A stretch of 64,000 bases of DNA from Desulfosudaceae bacterium (GTDB taxonomy: Bacteria; Desulfobacterota; Desulfobacteria; Desulfobacterales; Desulfosudaceae): contig CAXXDV010000003.1 of NCBI GenBank assembly GCA_963674745.2, positions 2,432,001-2,496,000 of the forward strand, written 5' to 3'. Positions 30,090 through 40,187 of the stretch are shown in pieces; positions within the stretch are counted from its first letter, which is position 1, and the number at the start of each line of letters is the position of its first letter. The translations under genes were made by a program, and so were the position numbers. Below the pieces are notes generated by a model. The model searched no databases. It worked only from the letters and a program-made list of their open reading frames with translations, and had not been told where the DNA came from.

Positions 30090-31298
30090 TTAAACCTTAT
30101 TTAAAATTTTATATGCTTTGTCCAGCACAACTTCCGGCTTGATTGCCTCCAGACATAAATTATTGCCGTTGCAGGGAGAATTCCGGTGGTTATATGCCGT
30201 CAGGCAGGGGGAACAGGACCAGCCGGAAAAAAGGTTTACGGCGTTTGGGTTCATGGAACCATACAGAACCGGTGTTTCCGGCCCATACAGAATAATGCTG
30301 GGCAGCGATACCAGGCCGGCAAAATGTCCGGGACCGCCGTCATTGGTGATCAGTAGGCGTGAGAGACTGAATACCACCAGCAGTTCTCGCAGGCAACGGG
30401 TAAAACCGGTCATATCAACAATCTGGCCGGCTGAACCGCATTCAACGATCTGACGCGCCAGCCCCTGATCTTCCGGAGGTCCGGTCACTGCTACCACAAA
30501 CCCTTTTTCTGCCAGAGATCGGGCCACCCGGCAGTAGTAATCCGGAGGCCAGGCCCGTATGGGCAACAGCCCCCCCCCGGGATGCAAAATAACCGGGGAC
30601 GTTTCGGAAATATTAACCAGAGAAAAATGATCCCGTATCCGCGCTACCATCTCTTCTTTCTCGGTTTTCCGAATCTCGATTTGCGGCAATTCGGGCGCCT
30701 GTTCTGAAATCGGGCGTTTACATATGGGTACCTCCGAATGGTCTATGGCTTCTGCCAGGCTGACAAACTGGCGGGCAATATGCAGATAGGGATTATATAA
30801 CACCGGTCGATTGATGAAATCACCCCGGTAAAGCCCTTCCTGGGTATGGCGATGAAAGCCCACCCGAACCGGAGCCCCGGAAAAAAAGGCATAAATACTG
30901 CTGATTCTGGAAAACAGTTCACAGTCAATGACCACATCCGGCCGCTGTTGCCTCATCCTGAAAAAGAACTTCATGCTGTCAAAAACAAGTCCTGAAAACG
31001 ACCGGTCATTTACGGTTTGTATATTGTCCCGTCCCGTTAACCCGATGATATCGATAATTTCAATATTGCGCTCAAAGGTCAGAATATGCAGTGACGCCTG
31101 TGGAAATTTCTCCTGCAATCGTTTGATCATGGGCCAGGTCATGGTCAGGCTGCCCATCTCAGACAGCAGTATGATGAGTATCCGGTTGATCGGCCCACGG
31201 TCGGTATCTTTGCGCCAGATCAATGACAACAGTGACAACAACCGGCATATCAAGGGACCGGCAGTCCGATCAATTATCCGTTGGGTGGCTACTTTCAA
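30090..31298 (-). CDS. Glycosyltransferase family 9 (heptosyltransferase-like)
   Basis: LSEMGS, LHPGGG..RAWP, LITNDGGPGHFA, LYGPE, CSPC. Confidence 0.88.
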   Translation of the reverse strand: MKVATQRIIDRTAGPLICRLLSLLSLIWRKDTDRGPINRILIILLSEMGSLTMTWPMIKRLQEKFPQASLHILTFERNIEIIDIIGLTGRDNIQTVNDRSFSGLVFDSMKFFFRMRQQRPDVVIDCELFSRISSIYAFFSGAPVRVGFHRHTQEGLYRGDFINRPVLYNPYLHIARQFVSLAEAIDHSEVPICKRPISEQAPELPQIEIRKTEKEEMVARIRDHFSLVNISETSPVILHPGGGLLPIRAWPPDYYCRVARSLAEKGFVVAVTGPPEDQGLARQIVECGSAGQIVDMTGFTRCLRELLVVFSLSRLLITNDGGPGHFAGLVSLPSIILYGPETPVLYGSMNPNAVNLFSGWSCSPCLTAYNHRNSPCNGNNLCLEAIKPEVVLDKAYKILNKV

Positions 31299-31386
31299 TC
31301 AACACCTCATTTATCAACGTACAAGTTTATTAAACCACCTGTCATACCCAAGGACAACCAGACGGGTTAAATCCTGTCGGGATAAA

Positions 31387-33126
31387 TCAAGATCGATCAC
31401 CGCCAGGGCCTTTTGGTAACTCCGACCGGCAGCCGGCGTTTCCCCCCCGTGATTCATAGTATAAGCCCTTTTGATAAAAGTCCATGGCCTTGTCATAAAT
31501 GGTATCAATCTGTTGTCCCCCCTTCCGGGCTTTTTCCAGACTTTTGGTCAGCAATGCCAGCGCCTGGGGTATGTCCCCCAGGGCAATTTGGCCGCAACCC
31601 ATGTAGAACCATGCGGCCGGGTGATCCGGTTCCAACAGTGCCGCCCGGTTAAAGGCCTCTTCAGCTTTGGTCCATTGCTGATCAAAGGCCCGCGCTTTCC
31701 CAAGCGTCACCCATAGCGGCGCCCTGTCCGGCCGTATTTCAACCGCCTTTGAAAATTGTTCGATAGCCCCGGCTTTGTCGTTACGAACCGCCAGAACGTT
31801 GCCCAGCGCATGATGCGCCAGATAATTATTTTCGGTCACGGCCAGCGCATGACGATAGAGCGTTTCACTGTCCTGCCATGTCTGAATCTGAAAAAAGGTT
31901 ATGGGTGCATAAACACCGCTAAGCATTACGGGAATAACGATCATCCAGAGCCGTCGGTGAGACAGACCGGCCAGCAACGATTTCAAGCTGAAAACCACCA
32001 TTATCAGAATACCCGTCAGGGGCATATACATATAGCGATCAGCGATAAAAAACTCACCGACTTTGACGATACCGATAACCGGGACCAGTGTCCCCAGAAA
32101 CCAGAACCATCCGGTGAGCAAATATCGCTGTCGCCGGGCAAGGCAGATAACACCGACCGTGATTGCTGCCAGGACAGCCACAGTAGTTATCAATATACCG
32201 CTGTTCAACACCGGCATGGGATAAAACACGGTTAATGCACCGGGCCAGATGGATTTTTTCAAATACAGGGCATAAGCTGCCAGGACATGCGAAATCCTGG
32301 ACATTAACGGAAACGACTCCGTAGATACCAATCCACCACCCTGTTGCTGCGCCACTACAGCGATGATAATACCGGCCAGACAAATCCCGAACAGCGGAAC
32401 TTTTTCAATTACCAGTGTACGCCAGCGTCGAAAGCGGTGGCCACCGGACAAATCGCCGGATTCATGACCTGTATCACGGCATAACGGCCAGTAATCCAGC
32501 AGCAGCAGCAAAAAAGGCAGGGTAACGATCATGGGCTTGGCCATAAGCCCCATTGCAAAGAACACAGCAACAGCCAGATATCGCCTCCACCCCGGAGAGC
32601 GCCGGTATTCATCATAGGCCAGTATGGCCAGCAGCCAGAAGCCGACGCAAAGAAGCTCTTTTCGGCCCGAAACCCAGGCCACCGGTTCGACATGAAGGGG
32701 ATGAAGGGCGAATAACAGCGAAATCACCCAGCTTTCCCAGAGACGCCCCGTAAGCCTCCGAAAACAAATAAAAACCATGGCGCTGTTAAACAGATGAAGC
32801 AAAAGATTGGTCAGCAGGTATGCGCCGGGTTGGACACCGTAAAGTTCGGTATCCAACATGTAGGACAGCCAGGTCAAGGGGTGCCAGAACTCGGCTTTCA
32901 TTGTCTGAAAAGCCCAGATAAAATTGTCCGGACTGAGCCCGGAAACAACCCTGTCGTTATCGAACACATAAAGAGAATCATCCAGAGAGACAAACACATG
33001 ATCCGCCAACTGGCGGTATAAATAAAACGTGACCGACAGGACCAGAAGCAGGAGCGCCGTTATCAACAGTTTCTCGTAAACCAGCTTCCGGATTTTGGCA
33101 TTTCTTGTCATGAGTGAAAAAATCAT
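31387..33126 (-). CDS. TMTC-like GT-C membrane protein with C-terminal TPRs; probably frameshifted at a G7 tract, true end 31314
   Basis: FVSLDD..YV, WHPLTWLS, FALHPLHVEPVAWVSGRK, ADRYMYMP, WQDSETLY, TPRs. Confidence 0.85.
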   Translation of the reverse strand: MIFSLMTRNAKIRKLVYEKLLITALLLLVLSVTFYLYRQLADHVFVSLDDSLYVFDNDRVVSGLSPDNFIWAFQTMKAEFWHPLTWLSYMLDTELYGVQPGAYLLTNLLLHLFNSAMVFICFRRLTGRLWESWVISLLFALHPLHVEPVAWVSGRKELLCVGFWLLAILAYDEYRRSPGWRRYLAVAVFFAMGLMAKPMIVTLPFLLLLLDYWPLCRDTGHESGDLSGGHRFRRWRTLVIEKVPLFGICLAGIIIAVVAQQQGGGLVSTESFPLMSRISHVLAAYALYLKKSIWPGALTVFYPMPVLNSGILITTVAVLAAITVGVICLARRQRYLLTGWFWFLGTLVPVIGIVKVGEFFIADRYMYMPLTGILIMVVFSLKSLLAGLSHRRLWMIVIPVMLSGVYAPITFFQIQTWQDSETLYRHALAVTENNYLAHHALGNVLAVRNDKAGAIEQFSKAVEIRPDRAPLWVTLGKARAFDQQWTKAEEAFNRAALLEPDHPAAWFYMGCGQIALGDIPQALALLTKSLEKARKGGQQIDTIYDKAMDFYQKGLYYESRGGNAGCRSELPKGPGGDRS

Positions 33127-34280
33127 TCGATGATTGAATTAATAATTTCCGGTGGGATGTTGCCCACATACACCTCATCTTCGATTACGAAGCCGGGAGT
33201 GGCCGTCAGCCCCAATTGCAATGCGTCATGTATATCATTGGCCAGCAACGCTTTGAGCAACTGGCTTTTCAAGGCCCAGGCCAATTCGCGGGCATCCAGC
33301 CCCGATTTTTCGGCAATTTCTACCAGCGGCATGGCACCTCTGGGGATGCTGAACAACAGGTCATTCATTTCCCAGAACTTTTCTTTTTTCCCGGCATATA
33401 TCGCCATCAGCGCCATCTTTCCCGAACCGACGTGGAAAGGATCTTTGACAATAGGATTAAACTGATTGTCAAAGGGGAAATGCCGGTGAACAAGACGTAT
33501 CTTATCCGGATACGCTTCAACCATCTCTCTTAAATAGTAATGCATTTTCCGGCATTGAAAACAGAGGTAGTCGGAGTATTCTGTTATCGTCAGCTCCGGA
33601 TTTTCAGCACCGATCCAGGGATGACCGGTTTCGGTCAAACCATGGGGCAGGTCCTTATTTAAATGTTCGGGCGCAATTACCCAGTAGGGCGGTAAAAGGA
33701 AAATGACCAAAAGAGCGGAAAGGCCAAAAACAGATAATATCGTCTGGTGTCTCGGCAAGGCCATAAAAAAAACAAAATCCGAAACCAGCCCCCGCCAGAA
33801 ACGGTCAACGGAAAACCGGCGACGGATCAACCAGCAATAAAACAGTACTGCAAAATTAATCACATAGCTCACGATACACATGATGCAATAGCTGTGGATC
33901 AAATAATTGGAAATCATTGCCAGGATAATACTGTATATTGAATAAAAAGCAGAAATCACCATCAGCAACGTCCAGCCGGACTTATCCCGGCTTTTGTCGA
34001 AACCGGCAAAAAGGATCAATATCACCAGGAAAAGATAACCGATTACCCCCCATATGGGCACGGGTATGTTCAGAAAAACGGCATAGGGGCTCTGTGATAC
34101 CGTGTCACAGTTGATGGCTTTGGAAATAGCGCAGAAACTATCATATGAGATATCCGTATACACCCGGTGATGAGCGTAAGAGAGATAAATCGAATCAAAA
34201 AAACCCGCCAGCGCCAGCAACAGGACCGGCAGAAAATAAACATTGAACGGAAGCGGCTGGATGCGTCTTGTCTTGTTCAT
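33123..34280 (-). CDS. VKOR-family protein fused to a DsbA/thioredoxin domain
   Basis: SFCAISKAINCDTVSQS loop cysteines, CIMC, then EYSDYLCFQC, RHFP and ATPGF. Confidence 0.9.
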   Translation of the reverse strand: MNKTRRIQPLPFNVYFLPVLLLALAGFFDSIYLSYAHHRVYTDISYDSFCAISKAINCDTVSQSPYAVFLNIPVPIWGVIGYLFLVILILFAGFDKSRDKSGWTLLMVISAFYSIYSIILAMISNYLIHSYCIMCIVSYVINFAVLFYCWLIRRRFSVDRFWRGLVSDFVFFMALPRHQTILSVFGLSALLVIFLLPPYWVIAPEHLNKDLPHGLTETGHPWIGAENPELTITEYSDYLCFQCRKMHYYLREMVEAYPDKIRLVHRHFPFDNQFNPIVKDPFHVGSGKMALMAIYAGKKEKFWEMNDLLFSIPRGAMPLVEIAEKSGLDARELAWALKSQLLKALLANDIHDALQLGLTATPGFVIEDEVYVGNIPPEIINSIIE

Positions 34281-36370
34281 TCCGGTAAAATTCCTTTTTC
34301 CTCGGCTTCCCGGGCAATGGCATAAAAAACCGTCTTGATGACCGGGGTCACCAAATTTTTCTCCACGGGAATTGTCTTGCCGGGTTCTGGCAATGTCTTT
34401 AACGTTTTAAAAATATCATAGACATCAAATTCAGAAAATAAAATCCGCGCGTATTGCTCTGCAGCCGATCGTTCACCTGCCCTGACGCTGTTTTCAATCA
34501 ACAACAGAAATGTCCGCATCTTCACCGGCTGCCGGAACTGGGCCAATTTATAAAACCATTCCGCCCGCGCGTATTCGCCGGTACGACTTAAGGCGGAGCC
34601 CGTGTAATATAATGTCAGGGGTGAATTATAAGGGTCCTTGATCAGGGCCTTCTGTAAAGAGGCCAGGGCTTTGTCGGGCAAATTCATCCACAGCAGGATA
34701 TATGCCTGCGTCTGATAATATTCCGCCCGGTCGTGTTCTCCTGAAAGGTGAAGCAACGATTCGATTTCGGCCAGCGCTTTTTGCCACTGGGCCGTTCTTG
34801 CCAGAAAACGGGCCAGATTATGCCTTGGTTTTAAAAAATTCGGATCCAGGTCGATGGCCTTCTGATAAGCCGTTTCAGCCTGAGCAAAATCGCCCAGCTC
34901 CATCAGCAATGTGCCGAGATTATCATACATTCTGGACCGAAAGTTGCGCCTGGGATGTTCCAGCGTGATGGCCTTTGTGAGCAATCTTACAGCCAGTTCT
35001 TTGTCCGCGAGCGTGCTTTGCTTTCCCCAGCCCAGGGCTGCGGCCAGATTATTGAGCGGCCCGGGCTGGTTCGGGGCTTTGCGGCTGGCATCATACCAGA
35101 GTGTCTCAATAGAACCCCAGGCACTGTTCCGTTCATAGGAAAACCGCCCCCAAAAAATGATCACCGACAGCAGACAAATTCCAACGGCCCAAAAAACCAG
35201 ACGATTACGCGATGCATACCGTTTAAGAAGATACAGAAAAACGGCTGTTACCGGCACAAAAAGAAATAAAGACGGAAGATAATTGCGGTGCTCAAAAATC
35301 AACTCCAGGGGAATAATGGTGGATTCTACGCTATGATTCACAAAATAGAAAAGTATGGCAAAAGCAAGCAGCGGGTAACGGCGGCGGACCGATACCGCCA
35401 TTACAACCAGTAAGCCAGTCAGCATGATAGCGGGAAATGTGGTCCAGGGGGAAAAAAGCGACCGGGACAACAGGACATCATGACTTATGGACAGCCGGGA
35501 CGGCAGGGGGTAAAATATCTGTGACAGATAGAACAAAACAATCCGGGGCTCCGTCAGGGTCCTTTCCAACAATGAAAACGGCCGGTCGCTATAACCTTTA
35601 AGAAAAAAAAGGATATCACCCTTTGCAAACATGACGACCCCGATGAGCCCGGCACCCAGAGCCAAACAACACAAGACCAGGTGAAAACGATGCCCGGCGC
35701 CATTTGTCCGTCGTCTTAAAAACAGTAATTCCAGAAAAAAGAGCACCACCGGAAACATAACGGCGTTCTCTTTTGAAAAAACAGCGCAGCAGAACATCAA
35801 TGCGGCCGGAAGGAAATACCACCGCCCGCATCCGCTCGAAGACAGCCTGGCCTTCAAATAGAAAAACATACCGGACACATAAAAAAGGGCGGCCATCTGG
35901 GCCATCCGCTGGACAATATAAGTAACCGTCTGGGTTTGTATGGGATTGACAGCCCACAACATGGCACTGATCAGAGAAACGAAAACAGCGTCATCAATTG
36001 AATACCGGCGACAGAGGGCGGGTGTTCGAAACAGTTGCAATATCGTCAGGTATAAGAAAAAAGCGGTCAGAACGTGTATCACAATGTTGACCAGGTGATA
36101 ACCGAAAGGATTATCTCTTCCGACAAACCAGTTCAGGGCAAAAGAGAAATTGGGCACCGGGCGATAAAACCGCTCTCTGCCGGCCTGGGTAAAAAACGTC
36201 TGGCGGACGGCATCGGCATCAAAGTCTGTCAGATGCAACTGCGGGTTGTAAAGAATATTGGGATGATCATCATACTGCCAGGGCGCATGAAGTGTGTTGG
36301 AATATATGGGGACAATCAGGCAGATCAAAAAGACCAGCACTGTCAGTAACCGGGGATGAGAAAATGACAT
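34277..36370 (-). CDS. TMTC-like GT-C membrane protein with C-terminal TPRs
   Basis: WQYDD..NI, YRP, NPIQTQTVTYIVQR, SKENA, FEHRNYLPS, TPR repeats. Confidence 0.85.
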   Translation of the reverse strand: MSFSHPRLLTVLVFLICLIVPIYSNTLHAPWQYDDHPNILYNPQLHLTDFDADAVRQTFFTQAGRERFYRPVPNFSFALNWFVGRDNPFGYHLVNIVIHVLTAFFLYLTILQLFRTPALCRRYSIDDAVFVSLISAMLWAVNPIQTQTVTYIVQRMAQMAALFYVSGMFFYLKARLSSSGCGRWYFLPAALMFCCAVFSKENAVMFPVVLFFLELLFLRRRTNGAGHRFHLVLCCLALGAGLIGVVMFAKGDILFFLKGYSDRPFSLLERTLTEPRIVLFYLSQIFYPLPSRLSISHDVLLSRSLFSPWTTFPAIMLTGLLVVMAVSVRRRYPLLAFAILFYFVNHSVESTIIPLELIFEHRNYLPSLFLFVPVTAVFLYLLKRYASRNRLVFWAVGICLLSVIIFWGRFSYERNSAWGSIETLWYDASRKAPNQPGPLNNLAAALGWGKQSTLADKELAVRLLTKAITLEHPRRNFRSRMYDNLGTLLMELGDFAQAETAYQKAIDLDPNFLKPRHNLARFLARTAQWQKALAEIESLLHLSGEHDRAEYYQTQAYILLWMNLPDKALASLQKALIKDPYNSPLTLYYTGSALSRTGEYARAEWFYKLAQFRQPVKMRTFLLLIENSVRAGERSAAEQYARILFSEFDVYDIFKTLKTLPEPGKTIPVEKNLVTPVIKTVFYAIAREAEEKGILPE

Positions 36371-36599
36371 GGTCCCCCTTCTTTAAAATCCTGAGATTTT
36401 TTCGCTCTCCGGGTTCCGGCGCCGGCCGGGTCAACCTGACACCATCATGTCAGCCCGAATAATAATACAAGCACCTTGCGGCCGGGATTTGTCTCTTGTA
36501 CCCCAAAATAATGATGCATTCGGGTTCGGCAGCAATGTTGATACCAACATTTATATCATAAAATTATAATATAAAAAACGCGGCCGATACAAATAAAAC

Positions 36600-36634
36600 A
36601 AAAAAGGGCGAGCCCGGGGGGCCCGCCCTTTTTT
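36600..36634. terminator. Rho-independent terminator after pilA (bidirectional form)
   Basis: AAAAAAGGGCG-agcccggggggcc-CGCCCTTTTTT. Confidence 0.85.
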
Positions 36635-36658
36635 ATTACTGAACGATTTGGAATAAAC

Positions 36659-37081
36659 TTAGAGGGACATCAGTTTGGTGTAGGTCAGGTTTGCATCGCC
36701 CCAGGCATTGCCGGCAGACGTCTGATAGTCAGACGGACATCTTGATGAGCCGTCAATAACCGTAATGGTAATGTTGATGTTGGGGTCATTAGCGGTAATA
36801 TCGGCTGTATTACCCGGGCTGCAGAAACCATTTGCCCAATCTCCATTTCCAGCAAGCTGGTTCGGCAGAAGGGTATGGTTCGGAATCGCAAAATGATCGC
36901 CAAGTGCAGCGGCAATATTATTGGCGTCTGATTCGGCCCGGCTGCAGAATGATTTATTCCTGTATGAAATGAAGTTCGGAATAGCGATGGCCGCCAGAAT
37001 ACCGATGATAGCGATAACGATCATCAGCTCGATCAATGTAAAACCCTGAGTGCCTCTGTTGATTTGAAGTTTACGTAACAT
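36659..37081 (-). CDS. pilA: Type IVa major pilin
   Basis: Leader ending G/FTLIELMIVIAIIGILAAIAIPNF. RBS AAGGAGG before ATG 37081. Lies downstream of pilR and a sigma54 promoter. Confidence 0.93.
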   Translation of the reverse strand: MLRKLQINRGTQGFTLIELMIVIAIIGILAAIAIPNFISYRNKSFCSRAESDANNIAAALGDHFAIPNHTLLPNQLAGNGDWANGFCSPGNTADITANDPNINITITVIDGSSRCPSDYQTSAGNAWGDANLTYTKLMSL

Positions 37082-37295
37082 GTGTGCCTCCTTTGTTGAC
37101 CTTCGGTTAAATAAAAACGTTGCCAAAATTTTGTTAAGTACTTTTGTATTGCCTCCCTCCTTTCTTCCCCTGATTTATTCTCAGAAACGATCTTTTTCAC
37201 GGTTCAAATGGAACAATCTTTCAGGGATCAATGCTTTACAGTCCTTTTTGCTTTAACGCCTTTTTCTGCTTAATCGTTGTTCACAAAGATTTAAA

Positions 37296-37311
37296 AGCAA
37301 AAAAGATGCCA
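37296..37311 (-). promoter_or_regulatory. Sigma54 (-24/-12) promoter of pilA
   Basis: Minus strand TGGCATCTTTTTTGCT fits the TGGCAC-N5-TTGCW consensus with exact spacing. Confidence 0.8.
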
Positions 37312-37420
37312 CCTGATTGTTTGCCGCCCTTAAAAAGATAAAAGCCTTTGTTTTCTTAGTAAAAAAAACCAACCCGCCAATTTAAAAAGAACCGCTTAAC
37401 GGGAAAAACTGGATTTTAAC

Positions 37421-37454
37421 GACAAATATTGTCAAGTTATACACAAAATTTGTC
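37421..37454. promoter_or_regulatory. Putative PilR enhancer sites
   Basis: GACAAATATTGTC (37421-37433) and CACAAAATTTGTC (37442-37454), 21 bp apart and 110-140 bp upstream of the -24 box. Confidence 0.55.
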
Positions 37455-37483
37455 GTATCGCCCGCTCAACACAATCATTATTA

Positions 37484-38878
37484 TTAACGCTCCAGATCCA
37501 ATTTGTCAAGTCGATACCGGAAAGAGCGGGGACTTATACCAAGTAGTTCACAGGCCCGGTTTTTGTTTCCACCGCTGCATTCCAGGGCTTTTCTCAGGTA
37601 AGATCTTTCAATTTCCTGAAGGATATCATCAATTTGGACACCATTAACGACTTCATCCAGGTCAAAACGCCGACCGGGTACACCTTCAATCCAGCGACGC
37701 TTGTAGGTTGAAATCGACAGGCTTTCAGGCAGGATGATATTGGTTTCCGTCAAAGCGACGCTGCGTTCGATCAGGTTTTCCAGCTCCCGAACATTGCCGG
37801 GAAAATCATATTTTTCTAGCATATCGATTGCATAAGAGGATATTTTAACAACTGATTTACCGAATTCAGCCGAAAATTTGTCCAGGTAGTACTGGGCCAG
37901 CAACCGGATGTCGCTTTTTCGCTCTCTCAAGGGAGGAACCTTCAATTCAATGACATTCAACCGGTAAAACAGGTCTTCCCGGAAATTACCCGCAATGACC
38001 TCCTGCGCCAGGTTCTTGTTGGTGGCGGCAACAATACGGCTATCTACCACGATATCCTCGGTACCCCCGACCTGCTTGAAGACACCGTCCTGAACCACCC
38101 GCAACAGCTTAACCTGCAGCGGCAAACTCAATTCGCCGATTTCATCAAGAAAAATGGTTCCCATGTGGGCCAGGGTAAAAAGCCCTTTCTTGTCGTTGGA
38201 GGCGCCCGTAAAGGCCCCTTTCTTATGACCGAACAGCTCGCTTTCCATCAGGTTTTCCGGTATACCGCCGCAGTTGACGACGACAAAGGGCTTGTCAGCG
38301 CGGGCGCTCTCTTTGTGAATCGCTCTTGCGATCAACTCTTTACCGGTCCCGCTTTCACCGCTGATCAGCACCCGGGTTCTGGTTTTGGCGACCTGGCGGA
38401 TAAGCTTGTAAATGTACTGCATTTTGGGATGATCCCCGACAATCGTATTGAAAAACAGGGTACTTTCCAGGTTTTTGTCAATGGTCTTTTTTTCCTGCTC
38501 CACGGTCTTTAACCGCAGCGCGTTTACGATGGTCTGCTTCAGTTCATTGCTGTTCAGCGGCTTGGGAACAAAATCATATGCGCCCTCGTTCATGGCCTCA
38601 ACCGCCGTCTCTGTCGTCGCATATGCCGAAATCATGATCACCACTGTTTCGTGGTCCGCTTTTTTAGCCGCCTTTAACACTTCGATTCCCGATATGTCGC
38701 CAAGCCGGACATCACACAAAACAAGATCAAACCGGACCTCGGCAATCATGGAAACGGCCTTGCGACCGTCTTCGGCCAGTGACACCCGGTAGCCTTCCCG
38801 GGAGAGCATGACATCAAGCAGCTCCCGCATGCTTAATTCATCGTCAACAACCAGGATATGAGACTGTTTTTCAGTCAT
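37484..38878 (-). CDS. pilR: Sigma54-dependent response regulator, PilR-like
   Basis: Receiver domain, GESGTGKE, ESELFGHKKGAFTGA, FPGNVREL, HTH. Directly upstream of pilA. Confidence 0.88.
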   Translation of the reverse strand: MTEKQSHILVVDDELSMRELLDVMLSREGYRVSLAEDGRKAVSMIAEVRFDLVLCDVRLGDISGIEVLKAAKKADHETVVIMISAYATTETAVEAMNEGAYDFVPKPLNSNELKQTIVNALRLKTVEQEKKTIDKNLESTLFFNTIVGDHPKMQYIYKLIRQVAKTRTRVLISGESGTGKELIARAIHKESARADKPFVVVNCGGIPENLMESELFGHKKGAFTGASNDKKGLFTLAHMGTIFLDEIGELSLPLQVKLLRVVQDGVFKQVGGTEDIVVDSRIVAATNKNLAQEVIAGNFREDLFYRLNVIELKVPPLRERKSDIRLLAQYYLDKFSAEFGKSVVKISSYAIDMLEKYDFPGNVRELENLIERSVALTETNIILPESLSISTYKRRWIEGVPGRRFDLDEVVNGVQIDDILQEIERSYLRKALECSGGNKNRACELLGISPRSFRYRLDKLDLER

Positions 38879-38903
38879 CGGCCTTCTCTCATTTTAAATT
38901 TGG

Positions 38904-40187
38904 TTACAGATTATCAAACACGACGCTGCCGCCGACCATGGTCAGCACTGCCCGGCCCTGCAATTCCCAACCGTCAAAAGGGGTATTTTTCCCCCGGGAA
39001 CGGAATTCACCTGTCTTGACCCGCCATTTTCGATCCAGATCGATAATGGTAATATCAGCCGCACCACCCTTTTTAAGGCCACTGGCCAGTCCCAGGATAC
39101 GGGCGGGAGCATTTGTCATGGTTTCCACCATACGACCCAGGGAAATCACGTTTTCGTTGACCAGCGACAGGGACAATCCCAACGAGGTTTCAAGGCCGCT
39201 GATACCGTTGGCCGCCAGATCGAACTCCACTTCTTTTTCCGTTACGGCATGCGGTGCATGATCACTGGCGATCACATCAATGGTGCCATCGGCCAGCCCC
39301 TCACGAACCGCTTCTCTGTCGGCTGACGACCGCAACGGGGGGTTCACCTTGGCGTCCGTATCATACTGTCCCACCGCCTCATCCGTCAGGGTAAAAAAAT
39401 GCGGCGCCGTCTCGGCCGTCACCGGGGCTCCGCGTCGCTTGGCCTCCCTGATGGCCTGCACGGACTCCTTGGTGCTTACGTGGGCAATATGCAGCGCGCC
39501 TCCCGTCAGTTCACATAAAGCAATGTCTCTCTGGACCATGACGCTTTCGGACGCATTGGGTATACCGGCCAATCCCAGTCGCGTTGCCGTCAGCCCTTCA
39601 TTCATGACACCGTTGGCCACCAGATCCAGCACCTCACAATGAGAAATAACCGGCAGGCCAAATCCCCGGGCGTATTCCAGCGCCCGGCGCATCAGCTGAT
39701 TGTTGGAAACCGGGTGACCGTCATCGGATACCGCCACGACTCCGGCTTCCTTCATCTCCGCGTATTCAGCCAGCTCTTTACCGGCTGACGCCCGGCTGAC
39801 AGCGCCGATCGGAAAAACCCTGACGCCGACATCACTTTTGGCCGCCTGAGACAGGATAAACCGGCAAATCTCAGCCCGGTCATTGACCGGGTCCGTGTTC
39901 GGCATGGGACAAACCGCCGTAAATCCGCCGCGGGCGGCCGCCAGGCATCCGCTGGCAATGGTTTCCTTGTATTCATAGCCCGGTTCCCTTAAATGCACGT
40001 GCATATCAATCAGGCCGGGCACGACGATCTTTCCTGCGGCTATGATCACCCGGGCTTCTTCCGCCGCCGGCGGGGACCCGGCAGCCGGATCAACGATATC
40101 AACAATCCGGCCTTCGGAAATATAAATATCAAACATACCATCCAGATGACCGGGGTCAACCACCCTGCCGCCTTTAATCACCACCAT
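38904..40187 (-). CDS. pyrC: Dihydroorotase
   Basis: DMHVHLREPG, MPNTDP, KVNPPLR, ASDHAPH, KNTPF. Confidence 0.96.
   Translation of the reverse strand: MVVIKGGRVVDPGHLDGMFDIYISEGRIVDIVDPAAGSPPAAEEARVIIAAGKIVVPGLIDMHVHLREPGYEYKETIASGCLAAARGGFTAVCPMPNTDPVNDRAEICRFILSQAAKSDVGVRVFPIGAVSRASAGKELAEYAEMKEAGVVAVSDDGHPVSNNQLMRRALEYARGFGLPVISHCEVLDLVANGVMNEGLTATRLGLAGIPNASESVMVQRDIALCELTGGALHIAHVSTKESVQAIREAKRRGAPVTAETAPHFFTLTDEAVGQYDTDAKVNPPLRSSADREAVREGLADGTIDVIASDHAPHAVTEKEVEFDLAANGISGLETSLGLSLSLVNENVISLGRMVETMTNAPARILGLASGLKKGGAADITIIDLDRKWRVKTGEFRSRGKNTPFDGWELQGRAVLTMVGGSVVFDNL

Noticed and set aside
37082..37290. c-di-GMP or other riboswitch in the pilA leader
   Set aside because: I could not find the conserved GEMM elements by eye; an Rfam scan would settle it.
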